Source: a virus
Lineage: Duplodnaviria > Heunggongvirae > Uroviricota > Caudoviricetes
Virus record (IMG/VR): IMGVR_UViG_2740892036_000009
Span: 1 to 23,737 of that record
Direction: 5' to 3' (one strand)
Length of the DNA stretch: 23,737 bases
The notes under the pieces were generated by a model. It made no database searches. It saw only the letters and a program-made list of their open reading frames with translations, and was not told the DNA's origin. Shown one piece after another: positions 1 to 8,365 of the stretch (the first letter of the stretch is position 1; every line of letters starts with the position of its first letter). Both the position numbers and the translations under genes were made by a program.

Positions 1-996
1 TTATGGACGCATTATGGACATTCCTGACACCGGGTTAAGAGTCACAGCATCTTGTAAGAAATCCGGTGCAAAGTGTGCGTAGGTCATAGTTTGCTGAATG
101 TTAGAATGACCCAGGATGCGCTGCAATGTGATTATGTTACCTCCATTCATTATAAAATGTGTGGCAAATGTATGCCTCAAAACATGTACTGCTTGTCCGT
201 CAGGTAAATCGGGTTTTACTTCCCTGAGAGCGTTACGCACTTTGTAGTAACTGGCATTAAAAAGCCTGCCTGAATTTTTGGTCTTGATCCGTTTAATCAG
301 GTCCTGCGAAACGGGAATTGTCCTGCGTTTTCCGTTTTTAGTTTTCATAAACGTAACCATCTGGTTAATGATGTGTTCAGCTTTTAAATTAGATACTTCA
401 CTCCAGCGTCCACCAGTAGAAAGGCAGACCAGAGTTGCATTTAATTCATCACCATCAAGCATGGATAACAGCCGCGTAATCTCTTCACTGGACAAAAAAG
501 CCATTTCCGTAACAGCTTCACGTAACCGTTTAATCTCACGGAACGGGTTGTGAGAGTGGTATTCACCGGCGTCAATTAACTTGGTGAACATCCCGCTCAT
601 TATTGCCAGATGTCGATTTACGCTGGCTGGTTTCAGACCATCGTTCATCATTACAACGCGATAATCAGTTATCGTTTTCTTTGTTAGCTGGTCAGCTCTG
701 GACACTCCCATTTCTGCAAATTTGGCGATTATTGTCGTTAAACGCCCCCGTTCAATATCTCCACGCTCATGTGATTTTCCGTGATATATCCACCATCTGC
801 CTAACAACTCTGTAAGAGTTCGGCGGTCGGCTGGTTTCTCCAACCACTCTTTGTTGTGGTAGTTAACCAGTACATGACGTTCGAATGCTTGAGCTTCACC
901 TTTAGTTTTAAATTTCCGCCTGATACGTTTTCCATCTGCACCCTGCGGTCTGACGTCCACTTCATAACGACCATCATCGAGCTTTTTAATAGACAT
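1..996 (-). CDS. int: tyrosine-recombinase integrase (P2 Int-like), 331 aa
   Basis: ATG at 996-994 preceded by GGAGGG SD; C-terminal catalytic signature HVLRHTFATHF ... MTYAH (H-x-x-R ... Y); position next to repressor C as in P2; stop codon is at window position 1-3. Confidence 0.85.
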   Translation of the reverse strand: MSIKKLDDGRYEVDVRPQGADGKRIRRKFKTKGEAQAFERHVLVNYHNKEWLEKPADRRTLTELLGRWWIYHGKSHERGDIERGRLTTIIAKFAEMGVSRADQLTKKTITDYRVVMMNDGLKPASVNRHLAIMSGMFTKLIDAGEYHSHNPFREIKRLREAVTEMAFLSSEEITRLLSMLDGDELNATLVCLSTGGRWSEVSNLKAEHIINQMVTFMKTKNGKRRTIPVSQDLIKRIKTKNSGRLFNASYYKVRNALREVKPDLPDGQAVHVLRHTFATHFIMNGGNIITLQRILGHSNIQQTMTYAHFAPDFLQDAVTLNPVSGMSIMRP

Positions 997-1089
997 AAAG
1001 CCCTCCGATGACGCTGTTTACTTCTACTACTTGAAAATTAATGCAATTTTCTTTCGTACATTTACTACACACATATGCTGAATAAATCG

Positions 1090-1389
1090 TCAGCCAGTTT
1101 TCTGGTCTGAGTGGTGCAAGGTTGTTGAGTCTTGCCCAATGTGTGCGAGAGCCGGGGCTATTTGTCCAGCTGCTGGATCTGTTTCATCAAACATGAACCA
1201 GTCACGATACTTGCGAAAGCGTGGATGCTTAAACAGCTTCATACCAGCTTCCATAGGCATTTTTGATTTTCCTGATTCATATCCATGATATGTGTAGTAA
1301 TTAATTCCAATTAATTCAGCAAGTTCCTTAGTTTTAAGGCGTTCGGATTCACGGATGAGCTTTAGTTTCTCACTTTGTTCACTTGACAT
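1090..1389 (-). CDS. C: immunity repressor C (P2 C-like), 99 aa from ATG 1389 (track start 1407 is a TTG further upstream)
   Basis: 99 aa, same length as P2 C; C-terminal ...GQIAPALAHIGQ...HSDQKTG resembles P2 C as I remember it; divergent from cox across a short switch region. Confidence 0.7.
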   Translation of the reverse strand: MSSEQSEKLKLIRESERLKTKELAELIGINYYTYHGYESGKSKMPMEAGMKLFKHPRFRKYRDWFMFDETDPAAGQIAPALAHIGQDSTTLHHSDQKTG

Positions 1390-1482
1390 AATTTTGCTAA
1401 TCTCCAATTATATTGTTACTTGGCAATTTGTGATTCGCTCAAAAAGGCTCTAGATGGCTCCAGTTGGTGAATCGCAAATCTT
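1390..1482. promoter_or_regulatory. C/cox immunity switch region with face-to-face early (Pe) and repressor (Pc) promoters; candidate Pe -35 TTGACA at 1382-1387 and an imperfect 13-bp inverted repeat ATTTGyGATTC(g/a)C at ~1426-1438 and ~1467-1479
   Basis: Divergent C (minus) and cox (plus) genes flank a 90-bp AT-rich spacer; TTGACA hexamer and inverted repeat read directly from sequence; exact operator assignment not possible. Confidence 0.4.
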
Positions 1483-1854
1483 ATGGAGGATAGCAAAGTG
1501 ACGACAAATGTAGAAATTTCTTGTCCAACTAGCGATGAGGCAAGTTTCGAAAATGAAGCCAAACGTAAAAGCATTCAGATTTCAGAGCGCCCATCTGATT
1601 TGCTGTCGAAAGAAGGTTTTGCTCTTTACATCGGTAAGACACCACGCGCGGTGGCTGAAATGGCTAAAGCAGGAAAGCTGCCAGCCTTCTACATGACAGA
1701 CCCATTAAAACCAAGAGGGAAAGCTGAATTATGGATTAATCGCCGTGAGTGGGACAAGTACGCAGCCCAGCTAGTTGATGAAGCTCCGACAGAATGGCAT
1801 GACTGGAAAAATCGCATTAGTTACAGCAAATCAAGACATGGCCGTGCGGCTTAA
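1483..1854 (+). CDS. cox: Cox-like excisionase/early-switch regulator (HTH); start uncertain (ATG 1483 or GTG 1498)
   Basis: Motif AGKLPAFYMTDPLKPRGKAELWINRREW resembles the P2 Cox core; first gene of rightward early operon; longer than P2 Cox (N-terminal ~40 aa extension). Confidence 0.6.
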   Translation: MEDSKVTTNVEISCPTSDEASFENEAKRKSIQISERPSDLLSKEGFALYIGKTPRAVAEMAKAGKLPAFYMTDPLKPRGKAELWINRREWDKYAAQLVDEAPTEWHDWKNRISYSKSRHGRAA

Positions 1855-1864
1855 GGTGGAAAGG

Positions 1865-2035
1865 ATGAACGAGCCTCGTTGTATTGCTCAGTTATTGCGT
1901 AACGAAAGCCCCAGGGCGATTGACTTCACCATCACCCACGGTAAGGGGCGTAAGGGAATCATTATCCGCACCAAAAAACAGAGTCCGTTAAAAAAGGCTC
2001 TGACCTTTCTGAAAAGCCGGAGGGTATGGAAATGA
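1865..2035 (+). CDS. small hypothetical early protein (57 aa), orf78-position
   Basis: ATG 1865 preceded by AAGGTGGAAAGG SD; stop TGA overlaps next ATG (ATGA coupling); basic small protein. Confidence 0.4.
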   Translation: MNEPRCIAQLLRNESPRAIDFTITHGKGRKGIIIRTKKQSPLKKALTFLKSRRVWK

Positions 2036-2532
2036 CAGTGATGACGCTCAATCTCGTTGAAAAACAGCCAGCAACTATGCGCCGGATAATTGGTAAGCAT
2101 CTGGCCGTCCCTCGCTGGCAGGAGACATGCGATTATTATAATCAGATGATGGAACGCGAACGGCTAACGGTTTGCTTCCATGCTCAGTTAAAACAGCGTC
2201 ACGCAACGATGTGTTTTGAAGAAATGAACGACGTCGAACGTGAACGACTGGTATGTGCAATTGATGAATTGCGTGGTGCATTCTCAAAACGCCGTCAGGT
2301 TGGCGCAAGTGAGTATGCATATATTAGTTTTTTAACAGTCAGTCAGCGTCGTACTTTATTTATGCATGCCGGATTGACTGAAAAAGAATTCAACCAGCCA
2401 TACTGGCGAATTAATGAAGAGTCATGTTACTGGCGTGATGCTTTATTCCGTGCATTACGTGAATTATTCAGCCTGTTTGAGTATGCACCGACAATTCTGA
2501 CGTCGGTTAAACCAGAGCAATATCTGCATTAA
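2032..2532 (+). CDS. B: replication protein B-like (helicase-loader-type early gene), 166 aa
   Basis: Position between cox and A as in P2; 166 aa equals the P2 B length as I recall it; ATG 2032 has GGAGG 8 nt upstream (track start 2026 is too close to the SD). Confidence 0.55.
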   Translation: MTVMTLNLVEKQPATMRRIIGKHLAVPRWQETCDYYNQMMERERLTVCFHAQLKQRHATMCFEEMNDVERERLVCAIDELRGAFSKRRQVGASEYAYISFLTVSQRRTLFMHAGLTEKEFNQPYWRINEESCYWRDALFRALRELFSLFEYAPTILTSVKPEQYLH

Positions 2533-2595
2533 ATAATTAACCAGAGTTTTTAACGCACTTAATCGTGCGGGGCTTCTTTTTGCCTGGAGAAAGTC

Positions 2596-2820
2596 ATGCA
2601 TATAGTTTCTGAAAATCAGTGCGGTAAATACGCATTACTGCTGCAACAGGCCAGAACCGAAGCACAGGCCGATGCAGCGACGCGCTTTTCTTCTCATCTT
2701 GACGCCATGATTCGCCACATCACAAAGGCGGAGTTATCCCGCGTGGAGATAGTCGAGCTGCTCAGTCAGGAGTCGGAAAAATTTCACAATATCGGATTGT
2801 CTCGCGGGGAGGTGCTTTGA
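2596..2820 (+). CDS. hypothetical early protein (74 aa)
   Basis: ATG with GGAGAAAG SD; stop overlaps next start; in early operon. Confidence 0.45.
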   Translation: MHIVSENQCGKYALLLQQARTEAQADAATRFSSHLDAMIRHITKAELSRVEIVELLSQESEKFHNIGLSRGEVL

Positions 2821-3122
2821 TGTCCTGTTCTCGTTCAATTGTATTACTGAACAATGCATTAAAAATCTCCGTTATGAAAAATGGCGATTTGTCTCTTATT
2901 CAACTTAGGCTTGATAAAGAAAAACACGAAATAACTGAATCTGTTATCGCGATTTATCAGAACGAATTAAACCTCCTGTCTGATGTGGTCAATTTACTTG
3001 TGAAACGCGCTGTATTTCACAAGCAAATTTCCTCCGTAGATGAACTGACAAAAGTAACGGCTGAAATTGCCAGCTATTGCGCTGATGAATTTAAGAAACT
3101 GAACGACAAAAGGAGCTGGTAA
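2820..3122 (+). CDS. hypothetical protein (100 aa), AT-rich moron-like early gene
   Basis: ATG 2820 with GGGAGG SD 5-6 nt upstream; markedly lower GC than its neighbours; no recognisable motif. Confidence 0.45.
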   Translation: MSCSRSIVLLNNALKISVMKNGDLSLIQLRLDKEKHEITESVIAIYQNELNLLSDVVNLLVKRAVFHKQISSVDELTKVTAEIASYCADEFKKLNDKRSW

Positions 3123-3346
3123 TGCCGGACAACGTGGATTTTATTCAGGAACAACAGGCTGAATTACTGGAGCGCCAGATTAACGCGGCAAGGGTAAAGC
3201 ATTGCGGTGTTTCTGCGCTGGTTTGCGAAGAGTGTGACGCGCCAATACCTGCTGCCCGTCGTGCGGCTTATCCGTCAGCCACGCGTTGTGTTTCCTGCCA
3301 GTCAGTCTTTGAAGCAAAAAACAAACATTACCGGAGAACGGCATGA
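3122..3346 (+). CDS. TraR/DksA-family C4 zinc-finger protein (74 aa)
   Basis: CEEC-(x17)-CVSC spacing typical of TraR-type zinc finger; AAGGAG SD; ATG overlaps previous stop (TAATG). Confidence 0.65.
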   Translation: MPDNVDFIQEQQAELLERQINAARVKHCGVSALVCEECDAPIPAARRAAYPSATRCVSCQSVFEAKNKHYRRTA

Positions 3347-3618
3347 GTATTCGTATTGAAATTGGCGAACGTTATGTCGTTACCAGTGACAGCTTTCAGT
3401 TTATTCTCCACGAGAAAAAGAGAGCTGAAAGCGGTAAAAACGCCGGTCAGGAATGGCTGGCGGTGGTTGGTTATTACCCGAAATTAAGCCAGCTCGTTTC
3501 CGGCCTGATGCATCACGATATTCTGACCGGAAGCGCAAAGTCTTTTGCTGATTTAAACGCGCAGGTTGAGCAACTCAGCAGGCGTTGTTCAGAGGCTTTT
3601 GGCTCATATGGCCGTTAA
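3343..3618 (+). CDS. hypothetical early protein (91 aa), immediately upstream of A
   Basis: GGAGA SD, ATGA overlap with previous gene; conserved position before A. Confidence 0.45.
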   Translation: MSIRIEIGERYVVTSDSFQFILHEKKRAESGKNAGQEWLAVVGYYPKLSQLVSGLMHHDILTGSAKSFADLNAQVEQLSRRCSEAFGSYGR

Positions 3619-5884
3619 AGCCTCCGGGCGTTTTGTCCCTCCGTCAGCATTTGCCGCAGGCACCGGTAAGGCGTTTATCGGTGCTTATGCATGGAACGCG
3701 CCACGCGAGGCCGTCGGGCGCGAAAGACCCCTTACACGTGACGAGATGCGTCAGGTGCAAGGTGTTTTATCCACGATTAACCGCCTGCCTTACTTTTTGC
3801 GCTCGCTGTTTACTTCACGCTATGACTACATCCGGCGCAATAAAAGCCCGGTGCACGGGTTTTATTTCCTCACATCCACTTTTCAGCGTCGTTTATGGCC
3901 GCGCATTGAGCGTGTGAATCAGCGCCATGAAATGAACACCGACGCGTCGTTGCTGTTTATGGCAGAGCGCGACCAGTATGCGCGCCTGCCGGGGATGAAT
4001 GACAAGGAGCTGAAAAAGTTTGCTGCCCGTATCTCATCGCAGCTTTTCATGATGTATGAGGAACTCTGCGATGCCTGGGTTGATGCACATGGCGAAAAAG
4101 AATCGCTGTTTACGGATGAGGCGCAGGCTCACCTCTATGGTCATGTTGCTGGCGCTGCACGTGCTTTCAATATTTTCCCGCTTTACTGGAAAAAATACCG
4201 TAAAGGGCAGATGACCACGAGGCAGGCATATTCTGCCATTGCCCGCCTGTTTAACGATGAGTGGTGGACTCATCAGCTTAAAGGCCAGCGTATGCGCTGG
4301 CATGAGGCGTTACTGATTGCTGTCGGGGAGGTCAATAAAGACCGTTCTCCTTATGCCAGTAAACATGCCATTCGTGATGTGCGTGCGCGCCGCCAGGCAA
4401 ATCTGGAATTTCTTAAATCGTGTGACCTTGAAAACAAGGAAACCGGCGAGCGCATCGACCTTATCAGTAAGGTGATGGGCAGTATTTCTAATCCAGAAAT
4501 TCGCCGGATGGAGCTGATGAACACCATCGCCGGTATTGAGCGTTACGCCGCCGCAGAGGGTGATGTGGGGATGTTTATCACGCTGACCGCGCCGTCAAAG
4601 TATCACCCGACACGTCAGGTCAGAAAAGGCGAAAGTAAAACCGTCCAGCTAAATCACGGCTGGAACGATGAGGCATTTAATCCAAAGGATGCGCAGCGTT
4701 ATCTCTGCCATATCTGGAGCCTGATGCGCACGGCATTCAAGGATAATGATTTACAGGTCTACGGTTTGCGTGTCGTCGAGCCACACCACGACGGAACGCC
4801 GCACTGGCATATGATGCTTTTTTGTAATCCACGCCAGCGTAACCAGATTATTGAAATCATGCGTCGCTACGCGCTCAAAGAGGATGGAGACGAAAGAGGA
4901 GCCGCGCGAAACCGTTTTCAGGCAAAACATCTTAACCGGGGCGGTGCTGCGGGGTATATCGCGAAATACATCTCAAAAAACATCGATGGCTATGCACTGG
5001 ATGGTCAGCTCGATAACGATACCGGCAGGCCGCTGAAAGATACTGCTGCGGCTGTTACCGCATGGGCGTCAACGTGGCGCATTCCGCAATTTAAAACGGT
5101 TGGTCTGCCGACAATGGGGGCTTACCGTGAACTACGCAAATTGCCTCGCGGCGTCAGCATTGCTGATGAGTTTGACGAGCGCGTCGAGGCTGCACGCGCC
5201 GCTGCAGACAGTGGTGATTTTGCGTTGTATATCAGCGCGCAGGGCGGGGCAAATGTCCCGCGCGATTGTCAGACTGTCAGGGTCGCCCGTAGCCCGTCGG
5301 ATGACGTTAACGAGTACGAGGAAGAAGTCGAGAGAGTGGTCGGCATTTACGCGCCGCATCTCGGCGCGCGTCATATTCATATCACCAGAACGACGGACTG
5401 GCGCATTGTGCCGAAAGTTCCGGTCGTTGAGCCTTTGACTTTAAAAAGCGGCATCGCCGCGCCTCGGAGTCCTGTCAATAACTGTGGAAAGCTCACCGGT
5501 GGTGATACTTCGTTACCGGCTCCCACACCTTCTGAGCACGCCGCAGCAGTGCTTAATCTGGTTGATGACGGTATTATCGAATGGAATGAGCCGGAGGTCG
5601 TGAAGGCGCTCAGGGGCGCATTAAAACACGGGCTGAGAACGCCAAACCGTCAGCAAAGAAACGGAAGCACGTTAAAACCACATGAAATTGCACCATCGGC
5701 CAGACTGAGCCGGTCGGAACGATTGCAAATCACCCGTATCCGCGTTGACCTTGCTCAGAATGGAATCTTGCCCCAGCGATGGGAGCTTGAGGCGCTGGCG
5801 CGTGGGGCAACCGTAAATTATGACGGGAAACAATTCACGTATCTGGCTGCTGATGAGTGGCCGGGATTCTCAACAAACATATAA
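3608..5884 (+). CDS. A: replication initiation endonuclease A (rolling-circle nickase), 758 aa
   Basis: Protein from MAVKASGRFVPP... is near-identical to my recollection of P2 gpA, including the HxH-type motif region (PHWHMMLF) and active-site Tyr region (YIAKYISKNIDGY); ATG 3608 with GAGG upstream. Confidence 0.85.
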   Translation: MAVKASGRFVPPSAFAAGTGKAFIGAYAWNAPREAVGRERPLTRDEMRQVQGVLSTINRLPYFLRSLFTSRYDYIRRNKSPVHGFYFLTSTFQRRLWPRIERVNQRHEMNTDASLLFMAERDQYARLPGMNDKELKKFAARISSQLFMMYEELCDAWVDAHGEKESLFTDEAQAHLYGHVAGAARAFNIFPLYWKKYRKGQMTTRQAYSAIARLFNDEWWTHQLKGQRMRWHEALLIAVGEVNKDRSPYASKHAIRDVRARRQANLEFLKSCDLENKETGERIDLISKVMGSISNPEIRRMELMNTIAGIERYAAAEGDVGMFITLTAPSKYHPTRQVRKGESKTVQLNHGWNDEAFNPKDAQRYLCHIWSLMRTAFKDNDLQVYGLRVVEPHHDGTPHWHMMLFCNPRQRNQIIEIMRRYALKEDGDERGAARNRFQAKHLNRGGAAGYIAKYISKNIDGYALDGQLDNDTGRPLKDTAAAVTAWASTWRIPQFKTVGLPTMGAYRELRKLPRGVSIADEFDERVEAARAAADSGDFALYISAQGGANVPRDCQTVRVARSPSDDVNEYEEEVERVVGIYAPHLGARHIHITRTTDWRIVPKVPVVEPLTLKSGIAAPRSPVNNCGKLTGGDTSLPAPTPSEHAAAVLNLVDDGIIEWNEPEVVKALRGALKHGLRTPNRQQRNGSTLKPHEIAPSARLSRSERLQITRIRVDLAQNGILPQRWELEALARGATVNYDGKQFTYLAADEWPGFSTNI

Positions 5885-5987
5885 AAATGATTGAAATGGT
5901 TGATTTTGCTTCCACTTGATGGTTGGTATCAGCAACTGATGGATCATGCGGAACTGCGTGGCAATCTTGCTTTGGAAGCATGTCATT

Positions 5988-6206
5988 ATGACTAATGCAT
6001 ACATTACTAGCTATGCGTCCGGTTCCGCCATTGTACTCGTGCAAGAGTCTCCGGCTGATGGCTATTGTTTACAAATTATGGTCAAAGAGAATCTGACCCT
6101 CTACGAGTTGGTCGGAGGGACTGAGATCGTCAGTGATAACTGCAGCCGTATGGGAGAAATAAATAATCCCAACCGTCCATATTTCTACCTTCACGCGTGC
6201 CCATAA
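5988..6206 (+). CDS. possible small ORF (72 aa) downstream of A (orf91 position); weak call
   Basis: ATG 5988 with GGAAG ~10 nt upstream; no recognisable motif; may be non-coding. Confidence 0.25.
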   Translation: MTNAYITSYASGSAIVLVQESPADGYCLQIMVKENLTLYELVGGTEIVSDNCSRMGEINNPNRPYFYLHACP

Positions 6207-6223
6207 TCTGTCACCACGTTGAC

Positions 6224-6271
6224 CATAGAAAACCCCGCCGACGCTGAAACTCGCTTTCAGTGCTGGCGGGG
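6224..6271 (-). terminator. rho-independent terminator for the minus-strand RT gene (GC stem CCCCGCCG...GGCGGGG followed by TTTTCT on the minus strand)
   Basis: Hairpin 6233-6271 read from sequence; T-rich run lies 3' of the stem only on the minus strand, downstream of the RT stop. Confidence 0.5.
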
Positions 6272-6371
6272 TTGAACAACGAGCTTGCGAGGCGTTAGGG
6301 ATGTCGAAATTTCATATGACTGTTCGCTTTAATGCTTAACGAAGTCATGTTGAGTTAATAACATTGTTTCG

Positions 6372-7916
6372 TTAAGCGCTGTGTTCCTTGTCGAATAAGT
6401 TCACTTCTTCTGGTGTAATATCAGTATCCATTTCTTCGAATGCATCTAAATCCACAATTTTTGTTTTTTTCAAAATTGATAGTATTTTCTGTTTGTTTTT
6501 ATTTTTGGCTGAACCCGGAATCCACTCTACATCCCACAGGCCATCAATGGTAAATGTTTTTTTTCCCTTGAGTTCATCATTTATGCGTTGACATAGGGCT
6601 GTTTTGTAATCGCCTTCCCATTGTGTGTGTATCTTCCCTTGAACTCGTTGAAACCAAATATCTAACATTTCAGTATTTGGTTGTTTACCTAGTTTACAAT
6701 GAAGTTGTTGTAACTTGCCAAATTTGAGTTCATCGTCGTCATAAAGGAAGGTCAAGAGTTTTGCGAAAATAGCCATTCCCACTGGGTAGGTGGTTGGGTT
6801 TTTAGCCATGATGCTTGAAATAATTCCAAGCATTGCATCTAGTTGATGCCCACTATTTGTGATCTTTTTCTTCCTAAATAATTTCCGCAAGAAATCATTT
6901 AAATATCTGACTGTAATTTTGGAGTTTTGATGTTTTAAAGAAAATAAATATATTGCATACAACATTTTCTGTAGGGAGTTGAACGACCCTTCTATAATAT
7001 ATTCTTTTTTTGCTGATTTAAGGGAGTGAAGAATGATGTCGTCATGTAGTTCTGTTTTTCTTGAGTTTAAATCAAGCCCAAACTCACCTAAGACCTCAAC
7101 CAAACACTTTGAGATTTTGTCCAAATCATCTTTACTGCTTGAAAATATTCGATAATCATCTCTGTAGCGAACTACTTTGTAATCCGTTATTTTTTGCTCT
7201 TCGGTTTTTTTTCTTAGCTGTAAATCAATTTCGCCTAAAATTAATTCGGCAAATGTATCCATCAACGTACTACCCAATGGTATTCCGTTTGTCTGATTAC
7301 TCATCATCATCTGGATATGAGTGTCAATCAATCGTCCTGGGTTATTGTTATTTTCTTTCTTTTTGGCCTCTTCTTTTGAGATGAATACCCATTCAAAGCT
7401 ATGAGTGTAAATAGAAGGGTAGAAGTTTGAAATATCTGTGCTGAACATGAACTCATACTCAAGAGCCAATGAAAGACTTTTTTGTTCAAAATCTTCCCAC
7501 CAGTTTAAAACAGATGCAGCTACGTTTGAGGTGTTCTTTTTGCTCACTGGGGTACTTGAGCATAAAAAAAGATCATTAGACTCAAACTCTCTAAATTTAT
7601 TCCTTATAGCATTCCAGTTGGAAGAGGATGTAATAAGTTTACAAAAATACACGTAGTACAGAGGATTAATTAGTGTTATTCGTCGCCAGCTATATAAGCC
7701 ATCTTTGCTGACTAAAACCTCGTAATTTATATTCTTCCCCATCAATGACTTGGAGTCAGGTTGGAAGTTGATTTTACCTTCATCTATCGCGGAGTTGATT
7801 TCTTCAAGCAAGGAAGAAAAATCGACATAACTGGGTAGCTCCAGAGTAGTGTATGAATCATGCTGCAGAAAATACTTAAGCGCTCTACCAGTAGTTAATT
7901 CATAAATCTTTTTCAT
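6372..7916 (-). CDS. reverse transcriptase, Abi-type (Abi-P2/AbiK-like standalone RT), ~514 aa from ATG 7916
   Basis: RT motifs in order: FMFSTDISNFYPSI (motif A Asp), GIPLGSTLMDTFAELIL (motif B), VRYRDDYRIF (YxDD motif C), LDLNSRKTEL (motif D); ~200-aa C-terminal extension; very AT-rich; occupies the tin/old cargo position of P2. Confidence 0.7.
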   Translation of the reverse strand: MKKIYELTTGRALKYFLQHDSYTTLELPSYVDFSSLLEEINSAIDEGKINFQPDSKSLMGKNINYEVLVSKDGLYSWRRITLINPLYYVYFCKLITSSSNWNAIRNKFREFESNDLFLCSSTPVSKKNTSNVAASVLNWWEDFEQKSLSLALEYEFMFSTDISNFYPSIYTHSFEWVFISKEEAKKKENNNNPGRLIDTHIQMMMSNQTNGIPLGSTLMDTFAELILGEIDLQLRKKTEEQKITDYKVVRYRDDYRIFSSSKDDLDKISKCLVEVLGEFGLDLNSRKTELHDDIILHSLKSAKKEYIIEGSFNSLQKMLYAIYLFSLKHQNSKITVRYLNDFLRKLFRKKKITNSGHQLDAMLGIISSIMAKNPTTYPVGMAIFAKLLTFLYDDDELKFGKLQQLHCKLGKQPNTEMLDIWFQRVQGKIHTQWEGDYKTALCQRINDELKGKKTFTIDGLWDVEWIPGSAKNKNKQKILSILKKTKIVDLDAFEEMDTDITPEEVNLFDKEHSA

Positions 7917-8121
7917 AATTAGTGATTTCTTCTTAAGTTGCGCACAAATAACTACCTGTTTTCTATCATGATAACGATGCGAATGCGAGCAATTCAGGAA
8001 GTGCATTACTCTGCATCGAAGCGCACGCAAGTCAGAGAACAATAACTGCCTGGCGACATCAGGACTGGCGCGCTAGTTGAGTGGTCATGCAACTGCATTA
8101 AAACCGCCCCATGAAGCGGGC

Positions 8122-8140
8122 GGGCGAGGCGGGGAAAGCA
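8122..8140 (+). other. cos: cos site: 19-nt P2-type cohesive-end sequence GGCGAGGCGGGGAAAGCAC
   Basis: Exact 19-mer as I recall it for the P2 cohesive end, followed by CTGCGCGCT; located between A-side cargo and Q as expected for a P2 prophage; recalled from memory, not searched. Confidence 0.55.
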
Positions 8141-8365
8141 CTGCGCGCTCCATTAACGACCATTGCATAATACTATTAGCCTATGAATCGAGTCATGAGA
8201 TGTTATCTTTACGATTCAGGCGAGTGCTTTCGTTACGATGAGTTGGTTTAAGCACACTATCTGCACAAAAAATAATCTGTTGAAGCGATTCATCATTCCT
8301 AACGCTCTAGAGTCTTAAATAAAAATATGTAAAATGCGTAAAATTTTTTGAATTATGGATCAGCT

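Noticed and set aside
278-815. Plus-strand ORFs of 91 and 70 aa
   Set aside because: Antisense to the integrase gene; no start signals or recognisable protein features.
3122-3346. Zinc-finger protein as possible Ogr late activator
   Set aside because: The CxxC-x17-CxxC spacing and sequence fit TraR/DksA rather than Ogr, and Ogr in P2 lies at the other end of the prophage, outside this window.
5835-6044. 69-aa minus-strand ORF spanning the end of A
   Set aside because: Overlaps the 3' end of A antisense; no start context; likely spurious.
7917-8042. N-terminal extension of the RT ORF to the track start at 8042
   Set aside because: The track start is a TTG codon and the first 42 residues are low-complexity (HFLNCSHSHRYHDRK); ATG at 7916 (MKKIYELTTG...) is the more plausible start, though unverified.
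6207-8121. Retron interpretation of the RT locus
   Set aside because: No msr/msd-like element with flanking a1/a2 inverted repeats was seen upstream on the same strand as the RT; the hairpins lie 3' of the gene. Abi-type RT is more consistent, but this is not conclusively excluded.
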